Positions 1 to 10,081 of a stretch of DNA of 64,000 bases are shown here, in pieces. The notes under the pieces were generated by a model, which was given only the letters and a program-made list of their open reading frames with translations, searched no databases and was not told where the DNA came from. The DNA is taken from contig CAWGMQ010000003.1 in the NCBI GenBank assembly GCA_963823665.1, positions 1,408,001 to 1,472,000 of the forward strand. Direction: 5' to 3'. The translations under genes and the position numbers were made by a program. Position 1 is the stretch's first letter, and every line of letters begins with the position of its first letter. This DNA comes from an uncultured Planctomycetota bacterium. GTDB taxonomy: Bacteria > Planctomycetota > Planctomycetia > Isosphaerales > Isosphaeraceae.

Positions 1-1
1 C

Positions 2-595
2 ATCACCAAGAACCGGCTGGTGACGCGCGACATCGATGTGCTTGGAGAGCTGGCCAGGCATAGCGCGGCGGGGGTGTTTGTCTCGATCACGTCGCTTGAC
101 GACGAGCTCGTCGGCCGGATGGAGCCGCGCACCAGCCGGCCCGCGGGCCGGCTTAAGGCGATCACGGCCTTGGCGGATGCTGGAGTGCCGGTGGGTGTGA
201 TGGTGGCCCCGTTGATTCCGGGGCTGACCGAGCACGAAATGCCGGCGATTCTCAAAGCCGCTGCGGAGGCTGGTGCGCGGAATGCGGGTTACACGATCGT
301 CCGTTTACCGATGGAGGTCTCGACCCTGTTTCAGGACTGGCTCGAGAACCACTTCCCCGGCCGAAAGGAGAAGGTGCTTGAACGGATTCGCGCGATGCAC
401 GACGGACGTCTCAACGATTCTCGCTTTGGAATGCGAATGCGCGGCGATGGGAGGGCGGCCGAGCTGATTTCCAAGCTCTTCCGGGTGACCTGCCGGCGAG
501 TGGGGCTGAACAAAGAGCCCTGGCCGGTATCGCCCGCGGCCTTCCGGCGGCCGGGCGGAATCGGTCGTGGAAAACAGCTCCGGCTCTTCGAGTGA
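2..595 (+). CDS. PA0069-family radical SAM protein (SplB-like), 3' part; start lies outside the window
   Basis: Reads ITKNRLVTRDIDVL...SITSLD...MEPRTS.P..RL...GVPVGVMVAPLIPGLTEHE...GMRMRGDG and ends in QLRLF, all typical of this family. Confidence 0.9.
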   Translation: MTKNRLVTRDIDVLGELARHSAAGVFVSITSLDDELVGRMEPRTSRPAGRLKAITALADAGVPVGVMVAPLIPGLTEHEMPAILKAAAEAGARNAGYTIVRLPMEVSTLFQDWLENHFPGRKEKVLERIRAMHDGRLNDSRFGMRMRGDGRAAELISKLFRVTCRRVGLNKEPWPVSPAAFRRPGGIGRGKQLRLFE

Positions 596-790
596 TTTGG
601 CGGGCGAGTGAAACCATTCAGGATATGCCTGGATCGGGGTTCGATTCACGCACCCCACGCGGACCCGCCTCATGCCGAGTCTGATCGGCACTGAGGTTCC
701 CATAACGTAGGAACGCGTCTTCCCATTCCAGCGGTTAGCGCGGCGTGCGCGAACGGAACTCGCTCTGCCCGCCAAATTGAGTCAAAAAGA

Positions 791-824
791 AAATCGGGGC
801 CGGAACGGGCTCCGGCCCCGATTT
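791..824 (-). terminator. Rho-independent terminator for the minus-strand gene ending at 864
   Basis: 14-bp perfect stem AAATCGGGGCCGGA / TCCGGCCCCGATTT followed by a T-rich tract on the minus strand (AAAAAGAAAA on +). Confidence 0.75.
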
Positions 825-863
825 CCTGTCATGAGCGTTGGAATTGCCGTCGCGCCGGGCGGC

Positions 864-3692
864 TCAGCGGCGCCGGGTCTTGGTGCCCGGCTCATTGCCC
901 AGCAACTCGATCGCTTTGTCATGCGTGTTCTGGCCGGCGATGGCGATCGCCTGCGTCACGTGCGGTTGCTTGGACTCAGCCACCACTCGCACCCGCGCGT
1001 GTGCGCGTTTGGTATTGCTCTTGCCCGTTACACCGGTGACGGCACCACCCGAGGACGACTTGGGCGGATCGACGACCGCCGATGAAGGTGGAACATACCC
1101 GTCTTTGGACGGCACTAACGTGCCGACGATTCTGTGGTAGGTCGCGATCTGTGCCACGAACTCGCCGCCCGGCCGGCCATTGCCGGTGGGGAAGGTTTCA
1201 TAGAAATTGCCCGACAGGGCGTTCTCGGCGTTGTCCTCGATGCCGCGGTTAGCGCTCCCGGAGTCGATCACAATCGTGTAGAGACCCCCGCGCAGCACCT
1301 TGCCATGCTGGAAGACCACCGTAACAACCACCGGGCTCGTCGGCGTGGTGCCCGGGGTCACGGTGATGCTGGTGGGAAGGATGAGCGGCAAGACGTGCAC
1401 CTTGCTCGACAATGGCTTGGCCGAAAGATGATAAAACGCACTGTCCTCGATACTGGCCATGTCCATGCCGCTTGAGTTGTCCTGGAAAGTGACGGTCAGG
1501 GTGCCGTCGAAACGGTCGAACGCGAGGGCTGTAATCACGGGACCAAGCGTGTCGATCTCGAGCGATGGCGTGATCGTCACAGGACCAGCCGTGGTATTGC
1601 CGTACTGGTCGATTGCGGTCGCCGTGAAGGTGTAGGTGTTGGTCGGCAGCGCCACCACCGAAGTGATGTTCCAGCTCCCGTTGGCCTCGGTGACGCCGGT
1701 ACCGATCTGGATTGCCGAACCGCCGCTCGTCGGCGCCGCAAAAAGTGTGACATGTGAAAGCGGCTCGGACGTGCCGTAGAAGTCTGGCTGGTTGTCGTTG
1801 GTCACGTCGCTGGTGCTGGTCGACTGCCCGCTGATCGAAGCCGGATTGACCGCGCCGGTGATGACGATCGGGACGTCGGCGACCGCCGCTGTGTTGGAGA
1901 TTGCGAGGGTCAAACCATCCTGGTCGTGGATGTTGACAGTGATCGGGTAACGACCGATGCCGCCGTTGACTCCGGCGTCGGCGTAGGTATGCGTGCCGCT
2001 GACCAGGAACGCGGTGCCCGGTCCTCCCGGCTGCGAGACGGTGCCGGCCGATTCGGGCATGCCATCCCCCCAATCGATCTCGACATAGTTGTATTCGCTG
2101 ACCGTGGAGGCCGGGTTGGTGTTGGTGAACGAGGCGACCGGACCCGAGAAGGCCACGCCTTCGGTCGTGGAGACGGTCGGTTGGGTGGCGGAGGGGATGA
2201 GTCCGGCGACCGTTGCGTCGGCATCAGGCGTGAACGTGATCGCACCCAGGAGCCCCTCAGTTTGGCCGGCGAGTCCAGCCGTGAAGTACACAGCGCCCGT
2301 GGTGCCGCCCGAGCCGCCGTTGCCTGGCAAGAGGCTCCACAAACCGGCGTTGGCGATCGTCCCATTGGGGCTCGTCAACGTGCCCGCGAGTGTGGCCGGC
2401 GTGGTGGCGAGGTCGAGTGCGACGATCGTTCCGTTCCCAGACGTGGAAGTCGCATTGCCGAAGTTACCGACCAACAGATCGCCGGCAAAGGAGCCGAAGC
2501 CGGTTGGCGCAATGGCCATCCCCCACGGTCCCTTGAGATTGGTGCCCGCCGTGTCGGTGTAAACCCGGGCGATGAAATTGCCGCTGGTGTCGAATTCGTC
2601 GATATACCCGCCGCCCGTGGTCACAATTCCAGAAGGCTGCGCATAGGCCACGAAGAGGTCGCCGTTCAGGAGTGTGATGTTGTACGGTTCATAGCCCACG
2701 ACGGCATTCGGATCGGTGAACTTGCCGGCGAAGATGGTGCTGGAGACGTTGGTGAAGGAGGGACTGAAGACGTCGATGCCGTTGGCACCGGTTGTGCCGG
2801 TGAAGTCGGCGGCATAGAGATAGAAGGTGGAGCTGGCGCTTCCCTGGGCCAGCCCGGTGAATGCGGTGCCGGTGACTGTGGCGGCTGTCAGGGCCGAGCT
2901 GGAGCCGCCGTTGGATGCCGGGTTCCAACCGGCGATCGTGCCAGCGAGGGTGGAGAAGAGGAAGTCGGAGCGGACCGGACCGCTCGGTCCCGGGATGTTG
3001 AAGTCGGTTGCCGCGGTGTCGGCGTTAAAGACCTGCCCGGTCGGGCCGTTCGGCGTGGCGACCGGCGGGATCGTTACAGTGAGCGCCTGCTTGATCGGGG
3101 TGCCGTTGGGGTTGTAGAGCGTTGCCAGCGCCGAGCCCTGGTCGGATACCCAGATGGGACTGGTCGCGCTCGAGGATGTGCCCCAGGGATTGATGAGACT
3201 CGGATCGGTCACGCCGGCCGTGCCCGCCACACTTGAGACCACGTTGGTCTGGTTGAACGCGTTGGTGGCGTACAAAGTGCCGTTGGTTACGTCCTTGATC
3301 GTCACTGTGATCGAGAACGAACCGGGAGTCGCATACGTGTGACTGCCCGGAACGTGAAAGAGGTCGGAGGCGTCTTCGGTGATGATGCCCGCCGTGGGAT
3401 TACTGCCGTCACCCCAGTTGATCGTGGCGGTGAAGTCAGAAGCAACGGCCGTCGAATCGGTGTCGTTGAACGTCGCGACGTCTTGCGTGACTGACACACC
3501 CTCGACGGCGGGAAGTGCGAGTGCCTTGAGATTTTGGATGTTGTTGAGATCGAGCGAAAGCAGCGTGCGATTCTCGAGCGCCTCAGGCCATGAGCTCCAA
3601 CGGCGCGAGGCGCCCGCGGCGCGGGCCCTTCGGCTGGATTGCGAACCGGCGGTCCCGAAGTGGCGCATTGTCTCCGCTAGTAGGCGATTCAT
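864..3692 (-). CDS. Secreted TIGR03118-family protein with PKD/Ig-like domains
   Basis: N-terminal PEALENRTLLS motif; 'ATINWGDG' PKD-like repeats; TIGR03118 core (DPSLINPWG, PIWVSDQG, GPTGQVFN, LKGPWGMAIAP, LLVGNFG, VYFTAG). Start placed at MNRLL (3692) inside ORF 864..3887. Confidence 0.85.
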   Translation of the reverse strand: MNRLLAETMRHFGTAGSQSSRRARAAGASRRWSSWPEALENRTLLSLDLNNIQNLKALALPAVEGVSVTQDVATFNDTDSTAVASDFTATINWGDGSNPTAGIITEDASDLFHVPGSHTYATPGSFSITVTIKDVTNGTLYATNAFNQTNVVSSVAGTAGVTDPSLINPWGTSSSATSPIWVSDQGSALATLYNPNGTPIKQALTVTIPPVATPNGPTGQVFNADTAATDFNIPGPSGPVRSDFLFSTLAGTIAGWNPASNGGSSSALTAATVTGTAFTGLAQGSASSTFYLYAADFTGTTGANGIDVFSPSFTNVSSTIFAGKFTDPNAVVGYEPYNITLLNGDLFVAYAQPSGIVTTGGGYIDEFDTSGNFIARVYTDTAGTNLKGPWGMAIAPTGFGSFAGDLLVGNFGNATSTSGNGTIVALDLATTPATLAGTLTSPNGTIANAGLWSLLPGNGGSGGTTGAVYFTAGLAGQTEGLLGAITFTPDADATVAGLIPSATQPTVSTTEGVAFSGPVASFTNTNPASTVSEYNYVEIDWGDGMPESAGTVSQPGGPGTAFLVSGTHTYADAGVNGGIGRYPITVNIHDQDGLTLAISNTAAVADVPIVITGAVNPASISGQSTSTSDVTNDNQPDFYGTSEPLSHVTLFAAPTSGGSAIQIGTGVTEANGSWNITSVVALPTNTYTFTATAIDQYGNTTAGPVTITPSLEIDTLGPVITALAFDRFDGTLTVTFQDNSSGMDMASIEDSAFYHLSAKPLSSKVHVLPLILPTSITVTPGTTPTSPVVVTVVFQHGKVLRGGLYTIVIDSGSANRGIEDNAENALSGNFYETFPTGNGRPGGEFVAQIATYHRIVGTLVPSKDGYVPPSSAVVDPPKSSSGGAVTGVTGKSNTKRAHARVRVVAESKQPHVTQAIAIAGQNTHDKAIELLGNEPGTKTRRR

Positions 3693-4309
3693 CGGTGCAT
3701 CTCCCGGCTGTTCAAGACCCAGATGGACAACGGACGCAGAACGGGCCTGCCTTCTCGCCTGAGACGCCGGTGGTGTCGCGCGGGACGATGTCCGGCCGCT
3801 CACCGCTGCCGCGGCAAGCGCGTTTCTTCCTCGTCGCCGACTTTCTGGGATTGCACGGCACCCTGGTGCGGCTGACGGTCGCTTCAATGGCGTTACGCCG
3901 ACCCTGGGGTCTCGTCGCTACGGACCATTCCCTCGCGACGCAAGCCCGCGATCACGTCGGTCGGCGCCTCACCCTTGCAGCGAGCACGCGGCTCCAGCAG
4001 GACTTTCAAGGCACGTTGTTGCAGCGCATCAGAATCGTTCTTGAATGCTCGATCTCCCCGCCGTCGATCGCACGGAGCAGGCCGCGTTGGTCCAAGTCTT
4101 GACGACCAACGCGTTCGCATAACCCGCCAAAATGGCGTCCGCGTGAGTCTCGGAAGTCTGAAGTCAAGCAATTGGCAAGCGAAGGTGGGAGACTTGCAAA
4201 AGCTGCGCCGGCGGCGCAAATTTTGCAGCGCGAGCGCGGCCCGACGCTTCGATCGCGCCATTTCCGCGGCTTGGTGACAATCGTCAAGCGCGGTCAGGCC
4301 GACTTCTTG

Positions 4310-4446
4310 CAGTCTCGTTTTCGTTCAGGCCAGGGATGATTGGGGACACTGGCACCCGCACCGGAATTCCCGGATCGGCGAGAAGCTTCATCGCTCGAAT
4401 TCTCGCCAAGGCGGGTGTGTTTGTCTCGATCATATCGCTTAACGAT
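4310..4446. pseudogene. Scrambled remnants of a PA0069-like radical SAM gene, two pieces in opposite orientation
   Basis: Minus strand RIRAMKLLADPGIPVRVPVSPIIPGLNENE aligns with RLKAITALADAGVPVGVMVAPLIPGLTEHE of the gene at 2..595; plus strand 4410..4446 matches 67..103 (AGVFVSIISLND vs AGVFVSITSLDD). Confidence 0.75.
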
Positions 4447-4519
4447 ATGCTGGAATCTTTGTGTGTTTCACCCACCCTACGCGGACACTCCGTCTTGGTT
4501 GCGGCTCTTCGCTGCTTTG

Positions 4520-4612
4520 GGTGCGGTCGACTTACAGCCGGGCGACGACGTTTTGGTTGTCATCGACGGGCGGGAAGTCCGGCGGATCGCTTTTGCGGAT
4601 TTGATCCCGTGA
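4520..4612 (+). pseudogene. 3' tail remnant of a Uma2-family endonuclease gene
   Basis: LQPGDDVLVVIDGREVRRIAFADLIP* resembles the typical planctomycete Uma2 C-terminus (V.lvidG.evgri.v.dllP); no upstream body. Confidence 0.55.
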
Positions 4613-4656
4613 GTGCAGTGCCTGGAACAACAATGCAAGCAGAATCCCTTCGCGGA

Positions 4657-6308
4657 GAGGCTGTCATCTTTTGGCCGCGTTGCGGTAACTCGGCCGTTGG
4701 GCCTAGTCGGCTGTGATTCACCGCTTGGTCGCTCGGTTAGTGCCGCCGATTCACGCCAGTTCTCCAATAGCCCAGCCGTTGACGCAAACGCGCTTTCCTA
4801 TTTTGTCCCTTTTTTGCAAAGTACCGCTCATTCCGCCAGTTTGCCCATCGCTGGGCGCAGTCTCCCTGCGACAACCAGGTTGTGAGCAATTGCAAACAAC
4901 AATGCGACGGCGCGGCAACGCGGTTGGCCACGCACGGGCATAAACCAGAATCCTCGATTGCGAGCCTGGGCGTTGACCCACTCGGCTGTTTGGCCTCGCA
5001 GCCGGTAGATCAGCTTCGCGGCCTCGGTCCCCATTCGGATCCGCCAAGCGGCAACCGCTTCGCTGTCGCCCTTCTTTGCGGTGTAGGGATCTTCTCCATT
5101 TGCCTGTTTCTTTTTCTCGTCTCTGATCGGCCCGTATACGATGCAGCCGCGTTGGGCCGCCTGATCGATCGAGTCCTTGGTCGTGAAGCCACCGTCAACC
5201 AATGCCTCATCCGGAATTCGTTCGTAACGCTCCTCCAACTGGTCGAGCATGGGCGGAAGTTCTTCGCCATCGTTCCCTGCGTTGGTCACCTCCACACCCA
5301 CAATCACACCGCTTTCGGTGTCTGTTGTGAATTGAACGTTATATCCCGGCCGGAATCCTCCGTCTGGAAACTTCATGATCCTCGCGTCGGGGTCGGTGGT
5401 CGAAGCACGCGCTTCCCGCCCCTTGCGGCCGTAGGACTCGTCACGTTCGCGTTGCAGCTCCTCGCACTGCCGCATCGCTTCTTCGATCCGTTGCTGTCGC
5501 TTGTTGGCGGCACGCTCCCGCGCCGCTCGCTGCCGTCGAGTCAGCTCTGCTGTGTCCTCCTCGGCCAGTTTCTTCAGCGCCTCAACCTGCTCCTTCGCCG
5601 CTTTCAGGCACTCCTCCAGGCTACCGCGACGACGAAACGAGCTCTTGCCCGCGCTGGCACGCACTCTCATTCCGTCCTGAGCGACCCGGTCCATTTTCAC
5701 CAACCCGGCATGGAGCAGGGTGCCCACGATCTGCGTGAGCAGTTCGTTCAACTTCTCGCCCCCACAAGCGAGGAAGTGGGACAACATGCTGTGGTTGACG
5801 GTTACGCCGCCGCACAGCCACTGGTACGGCAGACTCCCTTGGTTCTTTTCGCACAGCCGTTCGATTTCACGGGCGCTGCCGACTCCCTTCAATGTGGCGA
5901 AAACCCGCAATCCGACCAGCAAGCGCGGGTCGGTGGCATCTCGGCCGACATGTCGCTCGACGGCCTTGATCTCGCCGAGCCAGGCTTTCAGATCGAGCTT
6001 GCAGACCGCCGCCCAGACGACCCGGGCCGGATGGTCGGCCTCGAGCAATTCATCGAGCGATGCCCAGCGCATCTCGATCTGGTCGCGTACGGGACACCGC
6101 AGCCGCGGCTTGCCAGTTGGCATCGACTGGGCAGCCTGGGCGGGAGAGGGCTGATCGGGCAAGTCTTCTGGGCTAAAGAGAGGAAGTGTCATGACGCTCG
6201 TCCTGCAACACCGGGGCTGCGTGGGGCTCATGCGGCGGACTACATGCATGGTATTAGAACGTGAACACTATACAAAATCAACCCCAACGCCGAAAAAATC
6301 ACAGCCTC
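4657..6308 (-). mobile_element. IS1182-family insertion sequence (~1.65 kb)
   Basis: Imperfect terminal IRs GAGGCTGTCATCTTTT and (rev-comp) GAGGCTGTGATTTTTT; flanks rebuild the hairpin CCCTTCGC-GGA-GCGAAGGG with a 3-5 bp duplication (GGA/CGGAG); encloses the transposase. Confidence 0.88.
4828..6192 (-). CDS. IS1182-family DDE transposase
   Basis: LDELLEADHPAR, SAREIERLC, YQWLCGG, VAQDGMRVRASAGKSSF, STTDPDARIMK...GYNVQ, ALVDGGF, AEWVNA, AIAHNL. Confidence 0.92.
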   Translation of the reverse strand: MTLPLFSPEDLPDQPSPAQAAQSMPTGKPRLRCPVRDQIEMRWASLDELLEADHPARVVWAAVCKLDLKAWLGEIKAVERHVGRDATDPRLLVGLRVFATLKGVGSAREIERLCEKNQGSLPYQWLCGGVTVNHSMLSHFLACGGEKLNELLTQIVGTLLHAGLVKMDRVAQDGMRVRASAGKSSFRRRGSLEECLKAAKEQVEALKKLAEEDTAELTRRQRAARERAANKRQQRIEEAMRQCEELQRERDESYGRKGREARASTTDPDARIMKFPDGGFRPGYNVQFTTDTESGVIVGVEVTNAGNDGEELPPMLDQLEERYERIPDEALVDGGFTTKDSIDQAAQRGCIVYGPIRDEKKKQANGEDPYTAKKGDSEAVAAWRIRMGTEAAKLIYRLRGQTAEWVNAQARNRGFWFMPVRGQPRCRAVALLFAIAHNLVVAGRLRPAMGKLAE

Positions 6309-9300
6309 GGAGCGAAGGGCGACAATGAGCAGAAGTCAGGCGGATCGCTGTTGCGGATTTGATCCCGTGAGTAGTGTGCCTGGAACAACAATGCAAGCAG
6401 AGAGCACTTTCGCGGAGCGAAAGGCGACTATCGTCACTTGGCGCGATCGCGCGCGCTTTCGCGGAAATCGAAAACACGCCGTTGTCGCCGGCGATGCCCT
6501 CGTTGTTTCCATCCAGCAAGACGCCGGCGGTGCTACTGACTCCGCCGGGTGGGGTGGCGACAACCGTGATCTGGCCGCCGTCTGTAAATGCCTGTTTGCC
6601 CGCGAGCATCAGGTCAACCGAGTCGGTCGCCGCGTTATAGTCGACAGTGATCGCCAGGGGGTGGAGAATTTGCGTCGTCTTCTTTTTCACGCGCTTGGTG
6701 GAGATCCAGTCGACCTGGTAGTTGGTCGCGCTGCCGGCGTTGGCGGGGTTCATCGCCGTGCTGTACTGGATCTCGAAGCCGGTCAAGACCGGCTTGCCTA
6801 CCGGCTTCTTGTGCTTGTTGAGCTTTCGCGCGGTGAGCACCATCTCGCCGATGATTGTGGGTGGCGGCGGAGGAGGCGGGGCGATGACATTGATCGATAC
6901 CGGCTGCGACATCGTGCCGCCGCTGGTGGCCTCGAGCTGGTAATTGCCAGGTTCGTTGATGCTCAGACCGGAAAACACGGCGACGCCATTCGTCGTGCGC
7001 AGGGTGGCCGTGCCGGCGAGCGTGGCACTTGAGGGGCCGGTCGAGAGCACGATGGTGATGGCGCCGTTGAAATCGGTGTCGACCGTGCCATCGTCGGATT
7101 CGACGGCGGCGGTCAAGCCGAAGCCCGCGTTCACGTCGACCGAACCGGGTGGAGGAGCGGTGATGACGATCTTGAGCGTATCCGTCGGCTGGAGGCCACC
7201 ACTCGCGCTGTCATCGGCGCCGCTGGCCGTTCCCTTGTTGCCGTTCGTTCCCTTGGTGCCTTTGTTGCCGGAGGCGCCTGTGTTCCCGGCGGCTCCGGCG
7301 TTGCCGTCGTTTCCATCAGGGGCGGTATCGCCGTCCTGTCTCGACGCTCCGAGCCCGCCGCGGCCGCCCAGTCCACTCGCGCCTCCGGAGCCACCGTTAC
7401 CGGCTTTTCCGGTGCCGGCTCCGCCGGCTCCGCCTGAACCGCCGGTTACGTTGTTACCTTGATAAGAGACGTTTCCCAGCACGATTGCTCCGCCGCCGAC
7501 GTAGATGCCGCCGCCATTGGCATTGCCGCCATTGCCGCCGTTTCCGCCGGTGCCTGCGTTTCCGCCACGACCTGCGTTGGAGCCGTCGCCGCCATCACCG
7601 CCATCGCCGCCGGCGCCGCTGAATTCAGAGCCGTCGCCGCCATCACCGCCGTATCCGCCGTGCCCACCGCTGCCTCCAATGCCGGTCAACGCGCCATGCG
7701 AGAGGTACTTGCCTGCATCTGCGCCGCCGTTTTCCCCTTTGCCCGCCGGACCGCCCGTCGCCGTGTTGTTTTGGAGCAGGTCGAGAGTCAAGGTGACGGT
7801 GCCTGAAGCGACGGCGATGCCGCCGCCTTGGGCGAGTCCGCCGGCGCCCCCCGTGCCGCCATTGACGGCGTTGCCCGCAATGCCTCCTTCCCCGCCATTG
7901 GCCCCGTGTCCACCTCGTCCTCCAGACGCGCCGGTCACATGACCGGATACTGGAGCACCGCCGTGACCGCCCTCACCGCCGTCGCCGCCGCCGCCGCCGG
8001 CGCCACCGCCACCGCCATAACCGAGGCCAAGGGCAAATTCCCCGCCGTTTCCGCCGTCGCCTCCGTGAGCGGTGTTTCCCGTGATGACCGAAGAGGTCAG
8101 GGTCAGGGAGCCGCCGTTTATAAAGATACCGCCGCCAGCACCTGTGCCGCCATCAGCGCCGGGATATGTCAGGCCGCCGTCGCCGCCTGCGCCGCCTTTG
8201 CCTCCGGGCGCTCCGGGACCGCCCTTCCCACCGACGTGGTCCTGGTGGCCTCCTCCGGCTGGGCCGCCTGCGCCGCCGTGGCCGCCCGCGCCTGCCGGCC
8301 CGCCCGGACCTCCGCCAGCGTTGGTGGCGAAGGCTTGAGAACCCTGCTTGGTTCCCGCGTCGGCCCCGGCCGCCGTATTTTGGGTGATTCTGAGGGCTGC
8401 TAGACTCACGGTCCCGTTGGCAACGTAGATGCCTCCTCCCTCCCCAGCCCCGGCAGTGCCCGCCATGCCGCCATCACCGCCGAAGCCGCCGTTGCCGCCG
8501 TTGCCGCCCTTGCCGCCACTGCCACCAGCGATAGAAAACCCATTCGTCGCAACGACGCCCTCGCCGCCGCTGCCGCCCCTGCCGCCGTTTCCGCCCGCGC
8601 CGCCGAGCCCGCCGAACCCGCCGATTCCATTGTGACCGCCGCGAACAGCATTCTGAGCGACCAGGCCGCCCGAAAAGATCATCGTACCACCAGCCACGTA
8701 GATGCCGCCGCCATAGGCGCCGCCGCCGTTGCCGCCGTTGCCGCCGTTGCCGCCATTGCCGGCAGTTCCACCCGCGATGCCGGCAACCCCGGCGTCGCCG
8801 GCCTTGGTCGCATTGGAGCCTGTGGTGCCGTTGGCACCAGGGGTACCGCTGCCGCCGTTGCCGCCGTTGCCCCCCATGCCGCCGACGGCCCCATTGTTTA
8901 TAACGGCCATGCGGAACACACCCGAGGCGCCGGGGTTGTGGAGGGTCGACGAGCTCATGATCAGCTCACCGCCGGCCATGTACACCCCAGCTCCAGCGGC
9001 CGACCCGCCATTGCCGCCGTTGCCCCCATTCTGTCCCACAGCCTTCTTACCATTGCCGCCTTTGCCGCCCGGCCCGCCTTCGTCGTAGTTGTACTGGATG
9101 ACCGTATTGAAGAGCGTCAGTTGCCCGCCTTTGACATAGATTCCCGCACCCTTGGCGGCGGCGCCGTTGCCACCATTGCCGCCGAGTGGCGCGCCGGCGG
9201 CTCCCGAGGCTCCTGTGGCGCGATTCCCGGAGATCGCGACCTTGCTCATCTCGATGCTGCCGCCGCTCACAAAAACCGCGCCGCCATCGGCCGCCGAGTC

Positions 9301-9738
9301 ACCCAGAATCCCGGTCTCGCCTTTAGCATGGCCGCCCGTGATCGTCAGGTTTTTGATGATGACGGTGACGCCCGACGTACCCGCCCCGACCACTTCCAGG
9401 ACGCGATTGTCCAGAGAGGAAGAGCCCGAGAGCACCGTTTGCGACGGTTTCGATCCGGTGCCCTCAATGACGAGCGTCTTGGCAGCGGTTGTCGCGTTCG
9501 TGACGTCGAGGTTGCCGGCCGCGGCGTCGGTCAGCGTGATCGAGGACGTGAGGTTGATTGTATTGCTCGCGGAGCTGTTGCTGTCCGCGGCGGTGATTGC
9601 GGCTCGGAGCTCGGTCTCTGTGCTCACATTAAAGGTGCTGAGCACGATCCGCGGTTCGAGGCCCTCGAGCAGAAATTGGAGCGGCCGCCGGCGCCGGCGC
9701 GTTTTGCAACCTGACAATCGACGACACGAGAGCTTCAT
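6268..9738 (-). CDS. Large Gly-rich secreted protein (GGxGG / GGGIY repeats, C-terminal Ig-like domains)
   Basis: LEGLEPRIVLS motif; repeated GGGIYV/GGxGG units; Pro-rich linker; Lys-rich C-terminal domain. The natural stop is probably near 6435 and the ORF as given runs into the repeat and IS end. Confidence 0.8.
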   Translation of the reverse strand: MKLSCRRLSGCKTRRRRRPLQFLLEGLEPRIVLSTFNVSTETELRAAITAADSNSSASNTINLTSSITLTDAAAGNLDVTNATTAAKTLVIEGTGSKPSQTVLSGSSSLDNRVLEVVGAGTSGVTVIIKNLTITGGHAKGETGILGDSAADGGAVFVSGGSIEMSKVAISGNRATGASGAAGAPLGGNGGNGAAAKGAGIYVKGGQLTLFNTVIQYNYDEGGPGGKGGNGKKAVGQNGGNGGNGGSAAGAGVYMAGGELIMSSSTLHNPGASGVFRMAVINNGAVGGMGGNGGNGGSGTPGANGTTGSNATKAGDAGVAGIAGGTAGNGGNGGNGGNGGGAYGGGIYVAGGTMIFSGGLVAQNAVRGGHNGIGGFGGLGGAGGNGGRGGSGGEGVVATNGFSIAGGSGGKGGNGGNGGFGGDGGMAGTAGAGEGGGIYVANGTVSLAALRITQNTAAGADAGTKQGSQAFATNAGGGPGGPAGAGGHGGAGGPAGGGHQDHVGGKGGPGAPGGKGGAGGDGGLTYPGADGGTGAGGGIFINGGSLTLTSSVITGNTAHGGDGGNGGEFALGLGYGGGGGAGGGGGDGGEGGHGGAPVSGHVTGASGGRGGHGANGGEGGIAGNAVNGGTGGAGGLAQGGGIAVASGTVTLTLDLLQNNTATGGPAGKGENGGADAGKYLSHGALTGIGGSGGHGGYGGDGGDGSEFSGAGGDGGDGGDGSNAGRGGNAGTGGNGGNGGNANGGGIYVGGGAIVLGNVSYQGNNVTGGSGGAGGAGTGKAGNGGSGGASGLGGRGGLGASRQDGDTAPDGNDGNAGAAGNTGASGNKGTKGTNGNKGTASGADDSASGGLQPTDTLKIVITAPPPGSVDVNAGFGLTAAVESDDGTVDTDFNGAITIVLSTGPSSATLAGTATLRTTNGVAVFSGLSINEPGNYQLEATSGGTMSQPVSINVIAPPPPPPPTIIGEMVLTARKLNKHKKPVGKPVLTGFEIQYSTAMNPANAGSATNYQVDWISTKRVKKKTTQILHPLAITVDYNAATDSVDLMLAGKQAFTDGGQITVVATPPGGVSSTAGVLLDGNNEGIAGDNGVFSISAKARAIAPSDDSRLSLRESALCLHCCSRHTTHGIKSATAIRLTSAHCRPSLRGCDFFGVGVDFV

Positions 9739-10081
9739 GTTCGTCACCTCGCGGTGAAGAGGCTGACGGCGGCAAGAACGGGGCGTGACCAAACCCGGAC
9801 GTTCATTTCACCCGGCCGGAGTCGATCCCCTATATAGAAAGGCGCGCTAATCCTCAGTCCTTTCACGGGCTCGCACGGGTTTGCCTGCGCACCGTGCGAT
9901 ATCATGCTAGCGTGGTTGCAATTCGGCGACAAGGAGTGTTCGGATAAAAGTACAAGGAGTGTGCTTTTACGTGTCGGCGAATTCGACCTCGGGACATCGC
10001 ACCCAATTCTGATCTGGCTTGCGAACCGGTAGTGGTTGGTGTCATTCGGCGATGAGTGTGCCTATCCGAACGTTCGGAGAA

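Larger units (their letters stand above)
4574..6428 (+). repeat. Tandem ~105-bp duplication (Uma2 tail + REP-like hairpin); copy 1 is interrupted by the IS
   Basis: 4574..4656 plus 6309..6323 vs 6332..6428 share GAAGTC.GGCGGATCGCT.TTGCGGATTTGATCCCGTGAGT...GTGCCTGGAACAACAATGCAAGCAGA...CTTCGCGGAGCGAA.GGCGAC. Confidence 0.85.

Noticed and set aside
7000..9200. Pro-rich plus-strand ORFs here and at 37119..37727
   Set aside because: Antisense shadows of GGC-rich Gly codons
9850..9905. Possible c-di-GMP-I riboswitch upstream of the Gly-rich gene (GGCAAACC...GAAAGG on the minus strand)
   Set aside because: The GACGCAAA element and the P2/P3 pairing could not be built
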